A DNA stretch of 64,000 nt, taken from contig CBDBBI010000010.1 in assembly GCA_965202625.1 (NCBI GenBank), forward strand, positions 960,001-1,024,000. Direction: 5' to 3'. The stretch is from a bacterium. Lineage in GTDB: Bacteria > UBA8248. Positions 59,368 to 64,000 of the stretch are shown piece after piece (the stretch's first letter is position 1; every line of letters starts with the position of its first letter). The notes under the pieces are model-generated. The model did not search any database and was not told where the DNA came from. It was given only the letters and a program-made list of their open reading frames with translations. The position numbers and the translations under genes were made by a program.

Positions 59368-60009
59368 ATGGACAATGCATTGGTGCATCATCTGAGGAAC
59401 TACTCGACCTGTCAGGCGGCGGACGCCTTCGACAAATTAAACATCAAAGGCCATATGCCCGACATTGTCCTGCTCTCCCCAGACCCTGATTACAGAATGG
59501 CGGGAGAAGCGCATACCGTTCAGATGATTCCCGCCGGTGGCGGGAATCTGTCCAAACGAGAGACCCACCACATCGACGCGGCACCTGAGGGGAGCATCGT
59601 CGTCATCAGCGTCCCCTTCGGGGTGACGACGGCCAACTGGGGCGGCATGATGAGCACGCGGGCGAAGGCGATGAGACTGGGCGGGGTCGTCCTTGACGGC
59701 CGGGCTAGGGACATCGAAGAACACCGCCGGATGGGATTCCCCGTGTTCTCCAAGGGCATATCGGTTCATGGCAGCGGAGGATACACGGTCCCCAGCGGCG
59801 TGGGGCTCCCGATCAACTGCGGGGGCGTTGCGGTGAGGCAGAGGGACATCATCTTGGGAGACGTCAACGGCGTGGTCGTGGTTCCAAGGGAGAGGCTCAA
59901 GGAGATCATCGAGAAAATGGATGAATTGGCAAGAATTGAAGAAAAAATCATCCACGAGCTGGAAAGCGGCGCGCCCATCGGCGAAGCGTTCGAGAAGTAT
60001 CGAGGCTAG
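59368..60009 (+). CDS. RraA-family / 4-hydroxy-4-methyl-2-oxoglutarate aldolase-like protein
   Basis: DA, WGGMM, G.V.DG.ARD, GFPVF, GD.NGVVVVP; AGGAGG SD. Confidence 0.88.
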   Translation: MDNALVHHLRNYSTCQAADAFDKLNIKGHMPDIVLLSPDPDYRMAGEAHTVQMIPAGGGNLSKRETHHIDAAPEGSIVVISVPFGVTTANWGGMMSTRAKAMRLGGVVLDGRARDIEEHRRMGFPVFSKGISVHGSGGYTVPSGVGLPINCGGVAVRQRDIILGDVNGVVVVPRERLKEIIEKMDELARIEEKIIHELESGAPIGEAFEKYRG

Positions 60010-60128
60010 GACATGGGTTCAGACTTTCGCAGGACAAGGGCTTGACGATATGTCGGCTCCACTCCTCCTATGGCTGGCGCGCCCATCCAAAATGCGTCAA
60101 GAGTCAAGATAAACGCGAGGGGAACGAC

Positions 60129-62201
60129 TCAATTCCTCTCGAGCGCCCTTTTGATCGCCTGCGTCTCCGAGAGCGGCTCCTTGCAGATAAAATTCTCACA
60201 TACATACACGGCGGCTCGTCCATTCACCATTGCTTTTCCACGAAGCAGGGGCACTGCGGCGTCCGCCTCTGCACCAGATAATTCTGACTTGAGGGCCAAA
60301 ACCTTGTTCGGCGCGAAAGTGGAATCAACTGCTCTCAGAGCGGCGCGCGTGTCCTCGGAATCTCTCTCACCAACAATCGCCACCTCCATCGGGGTGTCGA
60401 GATGAAAGTCCAACGCGGCCAGCATCATGTGAAAGGCGGCCGGCGCGCGGGCGAGATACTCACCGAAGGCGCGCAAAACCCCCTCGCCGCGCACGGCGAA
60501 CTCCGCCCGCCCCGAGAGCCTAGCCAATTTCAGCAAACCTAGCGCCGCCATGGAATTTCCGCTCGGTATGGCACCATCCTGCGTCATCTTCCTCCTGACG
60601 ATGAGTCGTTCATGATCGTGGGCGGTAAAGAAAAATGCGCCCTCCTCATCATCCCCGTATCGCGCTATCATCTCCTCAGCCAAGTCCGAGGCCGCGCGGA
60701 TCCACCTGGGCTGAAAGCTCGCCTCATATAAATCCACCAAGCCCACGAGCAGAAAAGCGTAATCATCTAGATAGGCGTTCAACTTACTCACTCCTTCCCG
60801 ATGGCTCCTCAGCAGTCCCCGCCCATCGCGCATGTTGCCCAAAATAAAATCCGCCGCCTCGGTCGCCGCTTCAAGGTAGGGGGAGTGTTCCAGAATCCTG
60901 CCCGCCAAGGCCATTGAGCCCACCATGAGTCCGTTCCAGCTCGTGAGAATTTTATCATCAAGACCAGGCTTCACGCGCCGCTCTCGTTCGGCAAAGAGTC
61001 TTGTGCGTCCCCTTTGCAAGATAGCGAGAAGTTTATCTTCCTCCATTCCCTCTTTCTCGGCGAAAACGCGAGGTGGGTCTTGGATGAACAAAGGGGAGGT
61101 TTTTCCCTCAAAGTTCCCCTCCTCCGTCACGCCGTAAAATCGGCAGAACACGCTTCCCTCGCCCTCTCCAAGAATTTCCTCTATCTGTTCGGGACGCCAT
61201 ACGAAGTATTTCCCCTCCTCCCCCTCGCTGTCCGCATCCTGGGCGGAGTAAAACCCGCCCATCGGACTGGTCATCTCGCGCAAAACGTAATCCAGGGTAT
61301 CGGCCGCCACAGAGCGATAAAACGTGCTTCCCGTCGCCTGATACGCTTCAAGATACACTCTAGGCAAAAGCGCGTTGTCATAAAGCATTTTTTCAAAATG
61401 GGGAATGAGCCAGTAGTTATCCACGCTGTATCGATGGAATCCACCACCAAGCTGATCGCACATCCCACCGAGGGCCATCCTTTGAAGCGTCGTCTCAACA
61501 ATCTTCATCAATTCCTGAGATTCCGACTGCCTCCACCTTCTCAAAAGCAACATCAACGCCATTGAGGGCGGAAATTTCGGGGCGCGTCCGAAGCCGCCCC
61601 AGGAAGCGTCGAATCGTTCCTTCAACTCCTTGACAGCCTGATCTATCCACTCCGCCCTTAAGTCGCCCGTTACGGGCGCGACGTCTCCCATTTGACCCAA
61701 ATTTGCCGTTATCTTCTCCGCGCTGTCCCGCAAATCCTCTTGTCGCGTTCGATAGACCTCGGCCAGCCTCAGGAGCACGTTTTTGAACCCGGGTCTCCCC
61801 CATTTGTCATCCGGCGGAAAATATGTCCCACAGAAGAAAGGACTCAAATCCGGCAGCAAGAAAACGCTCATGGGCCAACCACCTTGGCCCGTCATCATCT
61901 GGACCGCCTCCATATATATCCCATCGATATCCGGCCGCTCCTCGCGGTCCACCTTGATGGAGACGAAATGGTCGTTCAAAATTTTGGCGATTTCCTCATT
62001 CTCGAAACTCTCATGCTCCATCACGTGACACCAATGGCAAGCCGAGTAGCCGACGGACAGAAAGATGGGCTTGTTCTCCTCTCTCGATTTGCGAAGCGCA
62101 TCCTTCCCCCAAGGGTGCCAATTCACCGGGTTATACTGATGCTGCAAAAGGTAGGGACTTGTCTCCTGCGCGAGACGATTTTTTGGACGGGGCTGACTCA
62201 T
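60129..62201 (-). CDS. YyaL/SPATA20-like thioredoxin-domain protein
   Basis: [50 protein letters not shown]. Confidence 0.95.
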   Translation of the reverse strand: MSQPRPKNRLAQETSPYLLQHQYNPVNWHPWGKDALRKSREENKPIFLSVGYSACHWCHVMEHESFENEEIAKILNDHFVSIKVDREERPDIDGIYMEAVQMMTGQGGWPMSVFLLPDLSPFFCGTYFPPDDKWGRPGFKNVLLRLAEVYRTRQEDLRDSAEKITANLGQMGDVAPVTGDLRAEWIDQAVKELKERFDASWGGFGRAPKFPPSMALMLLLRRWRQSESQELMKIVETTLQRMALGGMCDQLGGGFHRYSVDNYWLIPHFEKMLYDNALLPRVYLEAYQATGSTFYRSVAADTLDYVLREMTSPMGGFYSAQDADSEGEEGKYFVWRPEQIEEILGEGEGSVFCRFYGVTEEGNFEGKTSPLFIQDPPRVFAEKEGMEEDKLLAILQRGRTRLFAERERRVKPGLDDKILTSWNGLMVGSMALAGRILEHSPYLEAATEAADFILGNMRDGRGLLRSHREGVSKLNAYLDDYAFLLVGLVDLYEASFQPRWIRAASDLAEEMIARYGDDEEGAFFFTAHDHERLIVRRKMTQDGAIPSGNSMAALGLLKLARLSGRAEFAVRGEGVLRAFGEYLARAPAAFHMMLAALDFHLDTPMEVAIVGERDSEDTRAALRAVDSTFAPNKVLALKSELSGAEADAAVPLLRGKAMVNGRAAVYVCENFICKEPLSETQAIKRALERN

Positions 62202-62290
62202 GAATCCCTCATGCGAACAACCGAAAGAGCGGCAGCGGCAAAAAACGCCTAGTGACGGGGCGTGGAACAATGACGAGAAAACAATGCGGG

Positions 62291-62778
62291 CTAAGGAGCG
62301 AGTCGCGCGTGGGTCTCCACGCGCCCATATCCTCCAATGTGCTGTATGTCGTCACCCCAGTTCTCCACCCAAGTCGTGGACACTAGATGCAACCGAGGGC
62401 AATGCCTCGGGTTCTCCCCCGCGCAAAGTATCGCAGTAGGTGCCCTTCGAGCCTGCGCCCCAGAGGTTCCATGCGCGGATGAAATTCTCATCACGTCTCA
62501 TCTTCATCCAATCAATCAACACGTCCTCGCTCGTCAAAAAATTCCGAGTTTTCCGGATGTCACACTTGCCGGCGAATCCCTCTCCTCCATAGACGTAGGG
62601 GATATCTCTCGACGAGAGGAAGAATCCCACCCGTTATTTGCCATATTGTGAATTCCTCCTACTGCAGGGGATACCGGCGCGCATCCACCACGCCCACAAC
62701 GCTATGTTCGCCGAGAAAGTTCAAAAATTTCTCCGCATCATAGTTGTTGTGGCCTATCGTCCAGAGGGAATATTTCAA
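62291..62778 (-). pseudogene. DUF488 family pseudogene
   Basis: TTG start overlapping the M20 stop; WTIGHNN...F...L....VVDARRYP, then after a frameshift SRRNSQY and a stop, then AILCAGENPRHC.R...IQHI...G.VETH. Confidence 0.75.
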
Positions 62779-64000
62779 GCGATCCCCCTCATGAGAGCGA
62801 CCGCGACCTCGCATCCTCGGTGAAAGAGCTCTACGTCGATGTTCTCATCGGGAGCATGGGCGTTTGAATCCGCATTGGCGAGGGGGAGCCAAACGGAAGG
62901 AACGCGCAATTCCCTCGTGAACATTTTGTCGGGAACGCTGCCGCCGAAGTTTGGATAGATGACGGGTTCGACACCATAACAACTGACAGCCTCGATCACC
63001 TTTTGAACGTAAGGATCGTCCGCCGGCGTCTTACTGGCGTCAAACGTCGCCATCTTGCGCGCCTCGATATCGTCAAAGCCCTCCGCCTTCAAGAATGAAC
63101 GCAATTGATGGAAAATCTCATCAGGGGACTGATCTACCACCAGGCGAAAATCTAACTTGGCGCGCGCAGTGCCCGGTATGACCGTCTTCATACCATTCCC
63201 AGAATAACCCCCCTGAAATCCGCAAACGTTCAAGTTTGGCTGCGTAAGAGACTTCGCGTAAAAAGCGGAGATATCTGGAATTCGCTCAACCCCGTCTCCG
63301 AGGACGGCGCGAAGTTCCGCCTCCGGGTCGGGGATTCCCGCTAGGGCGTCTCGATCCGCATCGCTAATCGGGAGCACAGCGTCGTAGAATCCAGGTACGC
63401 GCACCCTCCCCTCGCCGTCTCGCAGACATCGCACGGCGTCGATGAGGCGCCAGAATGGATTGAGAACCGGCCCGCCATACATCCCGGAGTGGAGGTCTTT
63501 TCCGGCCCCGCGCGCAACGAGTTCGACATAAAGCAATCCCCTGCAGCCCAAAGAGAGCGTCGGCCTACCAGATGGGTGCAAGGAACCATCCGATGAGCAG
63601 GCGATATCTGCTTTTAGCAGCTCTTTGTTCGATTGGATAAATTTTCGCAAGTTAGGAGACCCCACCTCCTCCTCGCCTTCTATCAGAAACTTAAGGTTGA
63701 TAGGCACCTCGGCACTCGTTCGGTGATAGGCTTCCGCCGCCTTGATCTGGGCGAAGTGCTGGCCTCTATTGTCTCCCGCTCCACGAGCGTACAAACGGCC
63801 ATCGCGCACCTGAGGATCAAATGGTTCAGAACTCCAGCCCTCCGCTATATTGGCCGGCTGAACGTCGTAGTGGCCATAAATCAGCATCGTGGGGGCATCT
63901 GAATGTCCCTTCATCTCTCCATACACGAGGGGAATTCCCTCGGTCGGGAGAATTTGCGCTTTGATACCCGCATCGCTCATCAACGCCGCCAAATGATCCG
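62775..64000 (-). CDS. M20/M25/M40 metallopeptidase (5' end outside the window)
   Basis: YGHYDVQP, ARGAGDNRG, EGEEEVGS, DLHSG, HAPDEN. Confidence 0.92.
   Translation of the reverse strand, partial: DHLAALMSDAGIKAQILPTEGIPLVYGEMKGHSDAPTMLIYGHYDVQPANIAEGWSSEPFDPQVRDGRLYARGAGDNRGQHFAQIKAAEAYHRTSAEVPINLKFLIEGEEEVGSPNLRKFIQSNKELLKADIACSSDGSLHPSGRPTLSLGCRGLLYVELVARGAGKDLHSGMYGGPVLNPFWRLIDAVRCLRDGEGRVRVPGFYDAVLPISDADRDALAGIPDPEAELRAVLGDGVERIPDISAFYAKSLTQPNLNVCGFQGGYSGNGMKTVIPGTARAKLDFRLVVDQSPDEIFHQLRSFLKAEGFDDIEARKMATFDASKTPADDPYVQKVIEAVSCYGVEPVIYPNFGGSVPDKMFTRELRVPSVWLPLANADSNAHAPDENIDVELFHRGCEVAVALMRGIA

Overview
GC-rich bacterial chromosomal segment with about 55 intact CDS. These include housekeeping genes (leuA, rsmD, pepA, mqnD, leuS, mgtE, hflX) and many catabolic or redox genes: a 2-oxoacid dehydrogenase E1a/E1b/E2 cluster plus a CitE-like lyase, glcDEF-like genes, split UxaA/SuyAB-like genes, a CoA-transferase AB pair and four MFS transporters. 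I saw no rRNA, tRNA, CRISPR array, transposase or phage gene. Main observations: (1) Two genes are split in the ORF track by a single in-frame TGA followed by a bacterial SECIS-like hairpin. One is a deiodinase-like Trx-fold protein (FGAIT-U-PPF); the other, more unexpectedly, is a family I CoA-transferase alpha subunit (EHA-U-ASVLAGLRA). (2) A complete but unannotated small transcription unit (near-consensus sigma70 promoter, AGGAGG, 31-codon basic ORF, terminator) lies at 13012-13260. (3) A tandem pair of secreted ankyrin-repeat genes: one has 16 near-identical 34-aa repeats varying mainly at the binding-surface positions, the other is a lipoprotein with an 18-bp-repeat QRERAK stalk. (4) An AT-rich DnaA-box cluster (oriC candidate) lies at about 3100-3380. 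(5) hflX probably starts at a non-canonical ATC. (6) At least six decayed pseudogenes are present. Ankyrin expansion plus gene decay suggests a host-associated bacterium such as a marine invertebrate symbiont, but this is inference only. All product calls come from motif recognition by eye, without database searches.
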